A stretch of DNA of 64,000 bases from an uncultured Acidobacteriota bacterium (GTDB lineage Bacteria > Actinomycetota > Acidimicrobiia > Spongiisociales > ZC4RG35), in the NCBI GenBank assembly GCA_963828465.1, contig CAWHEU010000004.1:32001-96000 (forward strand), given 5' to 3'. The position numbers and the translations under genes were made by a program. This document shows positions 7,109 through 17,201 of this stretch, one piece after another; position 1 is the first letter of the stretch; each line of letters starts with the position of its first letter. The notes below the pieces were generated by a model. The model saw only the letters and a program-made list of their open reading frames with translations, was not told the DNA's origin and did no database searches.

Positions 7109-9754
7109 TCAAACGTCGGCCGGGCCGGTGAGGGCGTAGGCAACCGCAGCCTCGAGGCTCATCGCCCGCCCCTCACGGTACGGGATGGCCGCCTCGCCAG
7201 TTTGCGCTTCCATTGTCTCGTAGTCGAGTGCTTCGATCCGGTTCAGCTCGTTGAGCACGATCTCGGTCCCCGAAGAGATGCGCAGGCCGTGAAACGCCCC
7301 AGCCAGCCGGTGAGCACGGTCTCGGTCTCCGAGGATGAGTGCAAGCCCGGCGCACGCGGCGAGGAGCAACACCACGCCGCTTACGTCCTGATGCGCGGAG
7401 AACAGCTCGAGCCCGCGCGAGAGGTATTTCCAGGCCTGGTCGTAGTCACCGATCTGGCGGCTCAAATGTCCGACCTCGAAGTGTCCCCAGCCCATCCCGA
7501 ACTCGTTTCCTGCCGCCTCGTAGTACTCGATGCTCTTCTTCATGTGCGCCATCGCCCCGGGGGCATCGTCATCGACGTACGCGGTGAAGTTGCCTCGCCC
7601 CCACTCGACATCGCCGAGCCCCCCGACGTCACCCAACTCCCGGTAGAGGACTTCAGCCTCATCGAGGGCATCCCTGGATGCATTCGCGTCCTGGACGAAC
7701 ACCGTGGCGAGCGAGACGTTGTAGAGGGCGTTGGCGAGCTCCTTGGGGTCACCGAGCCTTCGGTGCATTCGAACCGTCTCCCGGTAGACCTCCAAAGCCT
7801 TCTCGAGGTCGGACTGCCACCACAGGATGCCCCCCAGAGCCTCGAGGGCCTTGGCCCTGTACCTCGGATCACCGCCCTCGAGTGCCAGCACCTCATCCAG
7901 TCTCCGACGTGCCTCGTGAAGATGACCCCTCGCCTGCCACAGTCTCCAGGCGGCGGAGGAGAGGCGGAAGGCGAGATCCGCCTCACCTGACTCGACGGCC
8001 CAATCCAGCGCTGCTCGAAGATTGTCCTGATCCTGCTCGAGGAGATCGAGCCACATCCGGCGATCCCTGCCCAGCAACTCCGGGGCGACACTCTCGACAT
8101 ATGCGGCATATGTCTCCAGATGCCGCCGGGCAATCGCCGCAGCCTCACCCGACTCGGTCAGTCGCTCCAAGGCGAACTCCTGGATCACGTGGAGCATCCG
8201 GAAGCGGAGCCGTCCCTCGGCATCGAGCCTCCGGATGAGGCTCTGCTCCACGAGCGTGGACAAGGAGTCGATCACTTCCTCTCCCAGCTCCTCCGTTGGC
8301 CCGCACACCGCCTCGACCTCTTCCAGCCGCGCACCGGCGCTGAAAATGGCGAACCGAGCGAAGAGTTTCCGCTCCGGCTCGGCGAGCAACTCATAGCTCC
8401 AGGTGATCGCGCTCTCGATGGTTCGTTGCCGGGCAGGGAGGTCGACCGAACCCGAGCTCAACATGCGGGAGCTCAGACGGGACAGGATCTGGTCGACAGG
8501 CAGCAGGCGAAGCCTCGAGGCCACCAGCTCTATGGCAAGGGGCAGGCCATCGAGACGGCCCACCAGCTCGGCAACCGCCGGCGCGATGTCGACCGTCAGC
8601 CTGAAATCCGGGCGCACCGCCATCGCTCGATCGGTGAAGAGACGGATCGCCTCGGACTGCATGAGTGTCTCGAGATCCGCGCCTGGATCGACTCCGGAGA
8701 TGCCAAGGGGGGGCACCGGGAGCTCCTGCTCCCCGCTGATCCGAAGCGGTGCCCGAGACGTGACCAACACCTTGGTTCGTGGCGAGGCTCGCAGCAGTTC
8801 GGCAACCAGCGGCGCCCCGTCGAGCAGCTGCTCGAAGTTGTCGAGGATGAGCAGGATGCCCTTGTCGGACAGTTGGCTGTTGAGGCGAATCGCCGGCGGC
8901 TCCTCCCGGGTCGAGACTTGAATGCCCAACGTCTCCAGGATCCGCGATGGGATGACTTCCACATCGTTGATCGGGGCAAGATCGACGAAGAACACCCCAT
9001 CGGGATACCCATCTGCCACCTCCGCCGCCAGTTGCAGCGAAAGCCGGGTCTTGCCGGTCCCTCCGGGGCCGGTGAACGTAAGGAGCCGGGTCGCGCCGAG
9101 CAACCGCACCGCCTCGGCCAACTCCAGGTCCCGCCCCACGAAGCTGGTGAGCAGCTTGGGGAGGTTGTTCGGGATGGCATCCAGGGTGCGGAGCAGCGGA
9201 AACTCCGACTGCAGCCCCGGCGACACGACCTGGAGGATTGCCTCCGGATCTGCGAGGTCCTTGAGCCGGTGCTTGCCGAGGTCCCGCAGCGAAACACCTT
9301 CCGGAAGGCTCCGCTCCACCAGGACGGCCGTTGGCTCCGACAGCACCACCTGACCCCCGTGGGCCGAATCGGCGATCCGGGCAGCCCGATGCACGTCGAT
9401 ACCGACGTAGTCGGAGGCGCCGAGGGCGCCGATCCCGGTGTGAAGCCCCATCCGGGACCTGACGACGCCGTCGGCCGGCCAAGGATGATCCATCAAGGCG
9501 TGCTGAGCCTGCACCGATGCCTGCAGCGCATCGACTGCAGCGGCGAATACGGCAAAGAACGAATCGCCTTCGGTCTTGACGACGACACCGTTGTTCCCGG
9601 TGATGGCCTTCTCGATCAGATGGTTGTGTGACTCGAGGACAGGGACCCAGCCATCACCCAGGGATTGCACCAACCTCGTCGAGCCCTCGATATCGGTGAA
9701 GAGGAAGGTGACCGTCCCCGTCGGAAGCGATTGACGAGTGGATGGAGACACCAC
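7109..9754 (-). CDS. Adenylate/guanylate cyclase (class III) - STAND ATPase - TPR protein
   Basis: Cyclase motifs TFLFTDIEGST, KTEGDSFF, RMGLHTG, VHRAARI; Walker A GPGGTGKT; LILDNFEQ; LDGLPLAIEL; TPR-like C-terminus. Confidence 0.92.
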   Translation of the reverse strand: MVSPSTRQSLPTGTVTFLFTDIEGSTRLVQSLGDGWVPVLESHNHLIEKAITGNNGVVVKTEGDSFFAVFAAAVDALQASVQAQHALMDHPWPADGVVRSRMGLHTGIGALGASDYVGIDVHRAARIADSAHGGQVVLSEPTAVLVERSLPEGVSLRDLGKHRLKDLADPEAILQVVSPGLQSEFPLLRTLDAIPNNLPKLLTSFVGRDLELAEAVRLLGATRLLTFTGPGGTGKTRLSLQLAAEVADGYPDGVFFVDLAPINDVEVIPSRILETLGIQVSTREEPPAIRLNSQLSDKGILLILDNFEQLLDGAPLVAELLRASPRTKVLVTSRAPLRISGEQELPVPPLGISGVDPGADLETLMQSEAIRLFTDRAMAVRPDFRLTVDIAPAVAELVGRLDGLPLAIELVASRLRLLPVDQILSRLSSRMLSSGSVDLPARQRTIESAITWSYELLAEPERKLFARFAIFSAGARLEEVEAVCGPTEELGEEVIDSLSTLVEQSLIRRLDAEGRLRFRMLHVIQEFALERLTESGEAAAIARRHLETYAAYVESVAPELLGRDRRMWLDLLEQDQDNLRAALDWAVESGEADLAFRLSSAAWRLWQARGHLHEARRRLDEVLALEGGDPRYRAKALEALGGILWWQSDLEKALEVYRETVRMHRRLGDPKELANALYNVSLATVFVQDANASRDALDEAEVLYRELGDVGGLGDVEWGRGNFTAYVDDDAPGAMAHMKKSIEYYEAAGNEFGMGWGHFEVGHLSRQIGDYDQAWKYLSRGLELFSAHQDVSGVVLLLAACAGLALILGDRDRAHRLAGAFHGLRISSGTEIVLNELNRIEALDYETMEAQTGEAAIPYREGRAMSLEAAVAYALTGPADV

Positions 9755-9786
9755 CCGAGACGTTAGTTCGCCGACGCCCCGCAGCC

Positions 9787-10788
9787 CTACCCGATAGCGG
9801 GTATCACCTGGTCGCCGTATGCCTCCAGCGTGCCCTCCATGTCGTCGTGCATGAGGTAGATCCCGAAGTGGCCGACACCGAGCGACTTCAGGAGGTCGAG
9901 CTTCTCGATGTGGGCGTCCACGGGTCCGGTCACACAGAATCGGTCGACGATGTCATCGGGCACGAATTCCGTGGAGGGGTTGCCCGACTTGCCGTGATGG
10001 TCGTAGTCGTAGGACTCCCGGGCCTTTATGTAGTCAGAGAGAACCTGCGGCACCTTGTCACGATCTTCGCCATACCGGTTCACCATGTCGACCACGTGAT
10101 TGCCGACCATTCCACCGAACCACCGCAGTTGGTCTCTCTGATGCGCGACGTCATCGCCGACATACGCCGGCGCCACCACGCAGATCTCGACCTCGTTGGG
10201 ATCGCGTCCGGCCGACTCTGCGGCTGATCGAACGGCGCCCACCGTCCATTCGAGGATCTGGGGGTCAGCAAGCTGGAGGATGTAGCCGTCGGCGTGCTCC
10301 CCCGCCGTGGCCAGTGCCTTGGGCCCGTATCCGGCGACCCAGATCGGGAGATCCCACCCATCGGTGATCCACGGGATTCGCAACTGCTTCCCGTTGTAGT
10401 CGACCTCCTTACCGGCCACGAGCGCTTTGACCACCTCCATCGACTCGACCATCGTCTGGAGGGTCTTGGGCTGGCGCCCTATGTAGCGAAGGGCCGAGTC
10501 ACCGCGGCCCATTCCACAGATCGTGCGTGGCCCGTACATGTCGTTCAGGGTGGCAAACAACGAGGCGAGCACGGTCCAATCACGGGTGCCCGGGTTGGTG
10601 ACCATCGGGCCGACGATCAATTGCCGGGTCTCCGCCAGGATTCGCGAATAGATGACGAATGGCTCCTGCCATAGGACGTGGGAGTCGAATGTCCAGGCAT
10701 GGCTGAAGCCGAGGCTCTCGGCGCGTTTCGCCAGCTCGATCACCCTGGTGGCGGGCGGATCGGTCTGCAACACCACGCCAAAGTTCAA
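9787..10788 (-). CDS. TIGR03842-type LLM-class F420-dependent oxidoreductase
   Basis: Motifs FGVVLQTDPPA, AWTFDSHVLWQEPFVIYS, GPMVTNPGTRDWTV, GRGDSA, WFGGMVGNHV. TTG start at 10788 inferred. Confidence 0.88.
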   Translation of the reverse strand: MNFGVVLQTDPPATRVIELAKRAESLGFSHAWTFDSHVLWQEPFVIYSRILAETRQLIVGPMVTNPGTRDWTVLASLFATLNDMYGPRTICGMGRGDSALRYIGRQPKTLQTMVESMEVVKALVAGKEVDYNGKQLRIPWITDGWDLPIWVAGYGPKALATAGEHADGYILQLADPQILEWTVGAVRSAAESAGRDPNEVEICVVAPAYVGDDVAHQRDQLRWFGGMVGNHVVDMVNRYGEDRDKVPQVLSDYIKARESYDYDHHGKSGNPSTEFVPDDIVDRFCVTGPVDAHIEKLDLLKSLGVGHFGIYLMHDDMEGTLEAYGDQVIPAIG

Positions 10789-10887
10789 AGCGGCCCACTC
10801 ATGCCACGAAAGGTAACGGACGATTTGTTCTGATTTGGACCAATCCGGAGAGCCGGTCGCGACGAACGGTCTTCGAAAGGAGGCTCG

Positions 10888-11289
10888 ATGAGCTATGTCA
10901 AGACTTACGCCAGGATCCTGGGCTGGACATTTGTCGCCGTCGGATTGGTGGGGTTCTTCCTCACCGGTTTCGGCGGGTTCTTCGGGATGGACGGCGAGAC
11001 TCTGATCCTCTTCGGGATCAACCCCGCTCACAACCTGGTCCATCTGATCCTCGGCGTCACTTATCTGATCGGTGCCAGGGCGACCGAGGCAGGCGCCCGC
11101 GCCGTCGTTTTGGTGCTCTCCTCGGCCTATCTGCTGGTTGGTGTGCTCGGTCTGATCCTGATCGACACCAGCGCCAACATCCTGGCCATCAACCAGGCCG
11201 ACAACGTCCTGCATCTGGCAGTGGGCGCTCTCGGCATCGGCGTTGTGGCCGCCTCCGCCAGACGGGGGACACAGCCTGCGGAAGCCTGA
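10888..11289 (+). CDS. DUF4383-like membrane protein
   Basis: Motifs LFGINPAHNLVHLILG and AINQADNVLHL; RBS AAGGAGG. Confidence 0.8.
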   Translation: MSYVKTYARILGWTFVAVGLVGFFLTGFGGFFGMDGETLILFGINPAHNLVHLILGVTYLIGARATEAGARAVVLVLSSAYLLVGVLGLILIDTSANILAINQADNVLHLAVGALGIGVVAASARRGTQPAEA

Positions 11290-11413
11290 TTCCCTGGCTG
11301 GCACGAGCGGGGATGGGGCACGGGTGGGACCCCATCCTCTCTCGATTCGAGGCCCGTATTGAGACATCCAGGCCCGTATGTGAAACTATGGGTTCCAATC
11401 ACGGGCAGGGCCG

Positions 11414-12512
11414 TTGCAATATCCACTCTCGGACGAAACGAGCTTCTACCACCATCCCGGTGTCTTCCACCTCGAGAGCGGTGCGAGACCTCGAGGATGT
11501 CCAGGTCGGCTACCGCACCTGGGGTGAGCCCCGTCCCGAGGCCATCCTGATCTGTCACGCCCTCACCGGAAGCGCCGACGCCGACGAATGGTGGGAAGGC
11601 CTGTTCGGCCCGAACCGGTCGTTCGACCCCGAGCAGGACTTCATCATCGCCAGCAACGTCCTCGGCGGCTGTTATGGAACCACCGGGCCCACCTCGTTAC
11701 GACCGGGCACGGAACGCTGGTACGGGCATGAATTCCCCCGGGTCACGATCCGGGACATGGTCGATCTTCAGGCGGGCTTGCTCGACCACCTCGAGGTCGA
11801 GACGCTAGGACTCGTCATCGGAGGGTCGATGGGCGGCATGCAGGCCCTGGAATGGGCGGCGATGTACCCCGACCGAGTGGGAGGTGGGGTTGCCATCGGA
11901 GTCGGTTCCCATCACTCCGCCTGGAGTGTCGCCTTCTCCGAGGCACAGAGGGCCGCCATCTGGGCGGACCCGAAGTTCCTGGACGGCGACTACGAGCCGG
12001 GGCTGGGCCCTGACAACGGTCTTTCAGTGGCCCGGATGATCGCGATGATCTCGTACCGGGGGAAGGCCAACTTCGAGTCCCGCTTCGGGAGAAAGACCCT
12101 GGAAGACGAGTTCGAGATCCAGTCCTACCTCCGCTACCAGGGCCAGAAGCTGGTCGGTCGCTTCGACGCCAACACCTATCTTCGCCTCGTCGACGCCATG
12201 GACAGCCATGACCTGGCGCGGGGCCGCGGCGAGATGGACCAGGTCCTGGCCGGATTGAAGACACCGTTCCTCACCGTCGGCATCTCCAGTGACATCCTCT
12301 ACCCGGCTACCGAGGTGGAAGAGCTCGCCACCGCCTTGCCCAATGCCCGCTATCAGATGTTGCATGCCCCACAGGGCCACGATTCCTTCCTCATCGACAT
12401 GGCCAACCTCGATGGCATCGTGAGCCGCTTCAAACACGACCTGGCCCGTGGGATCACCCCAGCCGACGACTTCGCCACGGGCGCCGGGCGGGGCTCGTCG
12501 TGGGCGTTTTAG
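11414..12512 (+). CDS. metX: Homoserine O-acetyltransferase; apparent 1-bp insertion near 11488
   Basis: Motifs CHALTG, NVLGGCYGTTGP, GGSMGGMQ, RFDANTY, GHDSFL. The N-terminus MQYPLSDETSFYHHPGVFHLESGA (TTG 11414) is in a different frame and joins LEDVQVGYRTWG if one C is removed. Confidence 0.9.
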
Positions 12513-12544
12513 GTGGTAGGTCATAGGTTGTAGGTGGTAGGTCG
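12510..12544 (+). repeat. Five tandem heptamers TAGGTNR
   Basis: taggtgg taggtca taggttg taggtgg taggtcg spans the metX stop to the lysA start. Confidence 0.85.
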
Positions 12545-13830
12545 TGAGTGTTCTGCCGCTTCAACTGCTCCCGGATACGGCTCAGATCTCCCCTAGCGGT
12601 GCACTCAGCGTTGGAGGGTGCGATGTGGGCGAGCTGGCCGCCGAATTCGGGACGCCCCTTTTCGTGTATGACGAGGCACACCTCCGCTCCCGCTGCCGTG
12701 AGGCTGTTGCGGCATTCCCCGACGGGGTTGCTTATGCCACCAAGGCCTTTCTGTGTGGGGCCATGGCCCGGCTCGCCCACGAGGAGGGCCTGCTGCTCGA
12801 TGTGGCGACCGGTGGCGAGATCCACATCGCGCTGGCGGCCGGTGTCCCTGCCGACCGGCTCGTCTTCCACGGGAACAACAAGTCGCCCAACGAGCTGAGC
12901 AGGGCCCTCGAAGTGGGGGTGGGCCGAGTCGTCATCGACTCCATGGTCGAGATGGACAGGATCGAGACGCTGGTCGCCGCCGGAGCACCGGCTCCCACAG
13001 TCCTCATCCGGATCAATCCGGGCATCGAGGCCCATACCCACGAGTATCTCCGCACCGGTGCCGCCGACTCCAAGTTCGGGATCACCACCGAAGGGGGTGC
13101 GGCCGAGACGGCGGTGGAGCGGGCCCGGGGCTCTTCGGCGATGGACCTGATCGGCATTCATGCCCACGTAGGGAGCCAGGTCTTCGACGTTGCCTCTTTC
13201 GAGAGGGCGATCGAGGTCATCGCCCGTTTCGCCGCACCGCTCGACATCGAAGAGCTATCGATCGGCGGGGGCCTGGGCGTGGCCTATGTGGAAGGTGAGA
13301 CGGCACCAACCATCCCGGAATGGGGCAAGGCCGTTATCGATGCCGCCACCGCCGCCGGGGTACAGGCGCGAATCATGGCCGAGCCGGGGAGGGCCATCGT
13401 GGCCCAGGCGGCGCTGACGATCTACACCGTCGGGACCATCAAGGAGATCCCGGGTGTCAGGACCTATGTCTCGGTCGACGGGGGGATGAGTGACAACCCG
13501 CGCCCGGTGCTCTATGGCAGCGGGTACGAGGTGTTCGCCCCGTTGGCGACCAACGTCGACCGCACCCGGCCCATTCGGCTCGTGGGGAAGCACTGCGAGT
13601 CGGGAGATGTGCTGGCATGGACCGCCCATATCCCCGAAGTCGTGAGTGTTGGCGATCTGCTCGCCACCCCTGTGACCGGGGCCTACGGGCATTCGATGGG
13701 ATCCAACTACAACATGGCTCGGCGTCCCGCGGTGGTCTTCGTCGAGGGCGGAAACGCCCGCCTCGTCGTCAGAAGGGAGACCGACGACGACCTGCTGGCC
13801 CGCGACCTGGTCGCCGGATCTCCCGGCTAG
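12544..13830 (+). CDS. lysA: Diaminopimelate decarboxylase
   Basis: Motifs FGTPLFVYDE, YATKAF (PLP Lys), HGNNKS, HAHVGSQ, EPGRAIV, GKHCESGD, GAYGHSMGSNYN. Confidence 0.96.
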   Translation: MSVLPLQLLPDTAQISPSGALSVGGCDVGELAAEFGTPLFVYDEAHLRSRCREAVAAFPDGVAYATKAFLCGAMARLAHEEGLLLDVATGGEIHIALAAGVPADRLVFHGNNKSPNELSRALEVGVGRVVIDSMVEMDRIETLVAAGAPAPTVLIRINPGIEAHTHEYLRTGAADSKFGITTEGGAAETAVERARGSSAMDLIGIHAHVGSQVFDVASFERAIEVIARFAAPLDIEELSIGGGLGVAYVEGETAPTIPEWGKAVIDAATAAGVQARIMAEPGRAIVAQAALTIYTVGTIKEIPGVRTYVSVDGGMSDNPRPVLYGSGYEVFAPLATNVDRTRPIRLVGKHCESGDVLAWTAHIPEVVSVGDLLATPVTGAYGHSMGSNYNMARRPAVVFVEGGNARLVVRRETDDDLLARDLVAGSPG

Positions 13831-14639
13831 CCGTTTGCCAACGTGTAGGCCGGCTCGAACCAGGCCACCCGCGCCGCGCATGGGTCATCGACCACGGTGA
13901 GCGTGAGCAGGTCGTCCTCGAACTCGGCGCTGTAGACGCCGGTCTGCCCGGGACATTCGCCGGCCACACCTGAGACGAATATGAAATTGCCTTCCTCCCT
14001 CGCCACGAAGCCTCCGGTGAGCGGCCGGTCAGGGTCGGCATCCGGACCGAGGACGACGTAGTCCCCCGCATCGTTGACCCTCAGAACGGATCTCTCGTTC
14101 TCCCAGCTCCCGGACAGGTCCGAGATGACGGCGTCCGGTCCGGTAGTCGTCGTCGGTGAGTCCGGGGAGAACGGAGCGGCGAAGGCCTCCTCCCGAAATG
14201 CACACGGGTCTTCGACGACCGACAGATGGAGGAGCTCGCCGACGAGCGCACCGTCATAGACACCGGTCTCGCCGGGGCAGGGATTGGGGTTGGCGCTGGT
14301 GGCGAATATGAGCTGGCCGTCCTGGAGGGCGACGAAACCGATTACCCCCGTGGGCGATTCGGTGGCCTCGGCATCGAGCTCGAAGAGCTCGTACGAGCCG
14401 CCCTCGTCGAAGACGATGGAATTGGCCTCACTCTCCCAACGACCGACCAGATCGGACAGCGCGACAGGCTGCTCGGCGGGTGGCGCGGTGGTCGACGGGA
14501 TGGTCGTGTCGATGGTGGTAACCGTGGTGACGGCCGATGATGATGTCGTCGTCTCGACCGCCGGTGTCTCGCCGCATGACGCCGCGATGAGGGCCGAAAC
14601 GGCGAGCAAGGGCCAGGCCCGATGCGGACGGCGTCTCAC
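13827..14639 (-). CDS. Hypothetical lipoprotein with two tandem homologous Cys-containing beta domains
   Basis: Lipobox IAASC, Thr-rich linker, two repeats with LxGxW...CPGxTGVY...LxVVxDPC. GTG start overlaps the mmsA stop (GTGA). Confidence 0.75.
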   Translation of the reverse strand: MRRRPHRAWPLLAVSALIAASCGETPAVETTTSSSAVTTVTTIDTTIPSTTAPPAEQPVALSDLVGRWESEANSIVFDEGGSYELFELDAEATESPTGVIGFVALQDGQLIFATSANPNPCPGETGVYDGALVGELLHLSVVEDPCAFREEAFAAPFSPDSPTTTTGPDAVISDLSGSWENERSVLRVNDAGDYVVLGPDADPDRPLTGGFVAREEGNFIFVSGVAGECPGQTGVYSAEFEDDLLTLTVVDDPCAARVAWFEPAYTLANG

Positions 14640-16130
14640 CCGTGAGTGGGGAACCCGAGATCCACGCCCCGGTGGATCGGGTCGGCCCAGCGAGAGATCA
14701 CCACCTTCTGCCTGCTGTAGAAGTGCACGCCTTCCGGGCCATAGATGGCATGGCTGCCGAAGATGGAGTGTTTCCAACCACCGAAGCTGTAGAAGGAGAG
14801 CGGCACCGGGATGGGGACATTGATCCCGACCATGCCCACCTCGATCTCGGATTGGAACTTGCGAGCCGCCCCGCCGTCGTTGGTGAACACCGCGGTTCCG
14901 TTCCCGTACGGGTTCTCGTTGATGAGCCTGATGGCCTCCTCGAAATGCTCCATCCGCACCGTGGAGAGAACGGGGCCGAAGATCTCGTCGGTGTAGATCG
15001 ACATCTCCGTAGTCACGTTGTCGAACAAGGTTGGGCCGAGGAAGAAGCCATTCTCGTGACCTTCGACGACCAGATCCCGGCCATCGGCAACGAGGAGGGC
15101 TCCCGCCTTCTCACCGGCATCGACGTACCCCCTGACCTTCTCCAAGTGTTGTCTCGTCACGAGGGGGCCCATCTCGACTCCGGTCTCGTGACCCGGGCCT
15201 ACCTTCAACTTCTCGATGCGTGTCCTCACCCCATCTATCAGCGAGTCGCCGGCGTCGCCTACCGCCACAACTGCCGAAATCGCCATACACCGCTCACCGG
15301 CCGAGCCGTAGCCCGCCGAGACCGCGGCGTCCGCCGCAAGGTCCATGTCAGCGTCTGGAAGGACGATCATGTGGTTCTTGGCGCCGCCAAGCGCCTGAAC
15401 CCGCTTGCCGTGACTGGTCCCGGTCTCATAGATGTAGCGGGCAATCGGGGTCGAGCCGACAAACGAGACGCGCGGCCACCATCGGGTGGGTGAGGAGGGC
15501 GTCGACTGCCTCCTTGTCACCGTTGACCACGTTGAACACGCCCTCGGGGAGCCCTGCCTCGGCGAGCAACTCGGCAGCGAAGAGGGAGCACGAAGGATCC
15601 TTTTCCGAGGGCTTGAGCACGAAAGTGTTGCCACAGGCGATGGCAATGGGGTACATCCACATCGGGACCATCGCCGGGAAGTTGAACGGGGTGATCCCGG
15701 CAACGACACCGAGCGGTTGGCGAATCGTGTAGGTGTCGACCCCCGTCGAGACCTGTTCTGAGAAATCTCCCTTGAGGAGGTGCGCGATGTTGCAGGCGAA
15801 CTCGACCACCTCCAAGCCACGTTGCACCTCTCCCAGTGCGTCATCGATGGTCTTCCCGTGCTCCGCCGTGAGGAGCTTTGCAAAATCCATCTTTCGCCCA
15901 GCGACGAGCTCGCGGAAGGCGAACATGATGTTCTGCCGCTGGGTCAAAGAGGAGAAACGCCAGGTGTCGAAGGCGCTGCGCGCAGTCTGCACGGCGCGAT
16001 CCACATCGGCCGCCGAGCCCAGCTCCACCTCGCCGGTCTGCTCGCCGGTAGCCGGGTTGAACACCTCCCCGACCCGTCCGCTGGTCCCCCCGGTCAGCTG
16101 GCCGTCAATCCAGTGCTGGATCTGCCTCAT
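14636..16130 (-). CDS. mmsA: CoA-acylating (methyl)malonate-semialdehyde dehydrogenase; apparent 1-bp insertion near 15470
   Basis: Motifs GITPFNFPAMVPMWM, KPSEKDPS, then (other frame) SFVGSTPIA, QALGGAKNH, GSAGERCMA, EIFGPVL. Confidence 0.92.
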
Positions 16131-16222
16131 CGGGCGAATCTACACCGGGAGGGGCGATACGCCGAGACCGAGTCCAGCCGCTGCAATGGTTGGGCCGACC
16201 CTGTCCTGGGTAAGTTGGCGAC

Positions 16223-17092
16223 GTGGTCAAGTTCAAAAGAGATGCCACTGGCCCCGGCCAGGTGATCGATCGCCGTGGGGCTGGTGGGGGCTACCGGCCA
16301 GGAATGGGAACGCTTGGTGTCGGCGGAGGTGCCGTTGGCATCATCATCGTCTTGCTCCTCACTCTTTTGGGTGGTGGAAGCGATCTGAGCGGTCTCACCG
16401 AAGTCCTGCAACCGGCAGGTGGGGTGCAGCCCGAAACGGGAAACACACTCGACCCGTCGGTCGATCCAGAGACCGATCTAGCTGCGTTCCTCGAGGAAGT
16501 CCTGCAGGACACTCAAGGGATGTGGGTGGGCGTCTTTGAGGAGTCCGGACTCGATTACAGACCCACGAACCTGGTTCTGTTCAACGGTTTCACCCAGTCG
16601 GAGTGTGGTGGGGCGCAGGCACAGTCGGGGCCTCACTACTGCCCGATCGACGAGCTGGTCTACACCGACCTGGACTTCCTGGCCGAACTCCAGCGCCGGT
16701 TTGGCGCAGCCGGTGACACCGCCCAGGCCTATATCCTCGCCCACGAGGTCGGCCACCACGTCCAGCATCAGCTCGGCATTACCGAGCAGGTCCAGAGCGC
16801 GGGCACCAATGAAGCCAGTGTCGCCTTGGAGCTCCAGGCCGACTGCTTTGCCGGTGTCTGGCTCTCCACCTTGAAATCAGGGGAATCGGCCGCCCTTCTC
16901 GAATCGGGCGACCTCCAGGAAGCCTTGAACGCGGCGGCTGCGGTCGGTGACGACGCCATCCAGCGGCAGACCACCGGCCAGGTGAACCCGGAGTCGTGGA
17001 CCCATGGAAGCTCGGAGCAGCGCTATCAGTGGCTGAACCAGGGATTCACCTCCGGCTCACCGGGCAGTTGCGACACCTTCGCCTCGTCCTAG
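16223..17092 (+). CDS. Putative neutral zinc metallopeptidase (YpfJ/Zn_peptidase family)
   Basis: Motifs GPHYCP, AYILAHEVGHHVQ, ELQADCFAG, AVGDD, ESWTHGSSEQR. Confidence 0.9.
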   Translation: MVKFKRDATGPGQVIDRRGAGGGYRPGMGTLGVGGGAVGIIIVLLLTLLGGGSDLSGLTEVLQPAGGVQPETGNTLDPSVDPETDLAAFLEEVLQDTQGMWVGVFEESGLDYRPTNLVLFNGFTQSECGGAQAQSGPHYCPIDELVYTDLDFLAELQRRFGAAGDTAQAYILAHEVGHHVQHQLGITEQVQSAGTNEASVALELQADCFAGVWLSTLKSGESAALLESGDLQEALNAAAAVGDDAIQRQTTGQVNPESWTHGSSEQRYQWLNQGFTSGSPGSCDTFASS

Positions 17093-17201
17093 TGCCAGGG
17101 CGAATTCAGATATTTGGGTCTGTTCCTTTACACCCTCTAAACCGATACCTTGGCATCGTGAGCGGCTGACCAGGTCGCTCTCGCCCGGGTCGCCAAAAAT
17201 C

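Noticed and set aside
8120-9631. Long antisense or alternative-frame ORFs, e.g. 8120-9631, 45908-47410, 19085-20323, and 5' extensions such as 32499-33077 and 10789-11367
   Set aside because: These are shadow ORFs expected in high-GC DNA opposite or overlapping well-supported genes, with no recognisable motifs.
7109-9754. Cyclase-STAND-TPR protein as an anti-phage (Avs/Pycsar-like) system
   Set aside because: This architecture is a common actinobacterial signalling protein, and no effector or defence-island context is adjacent.
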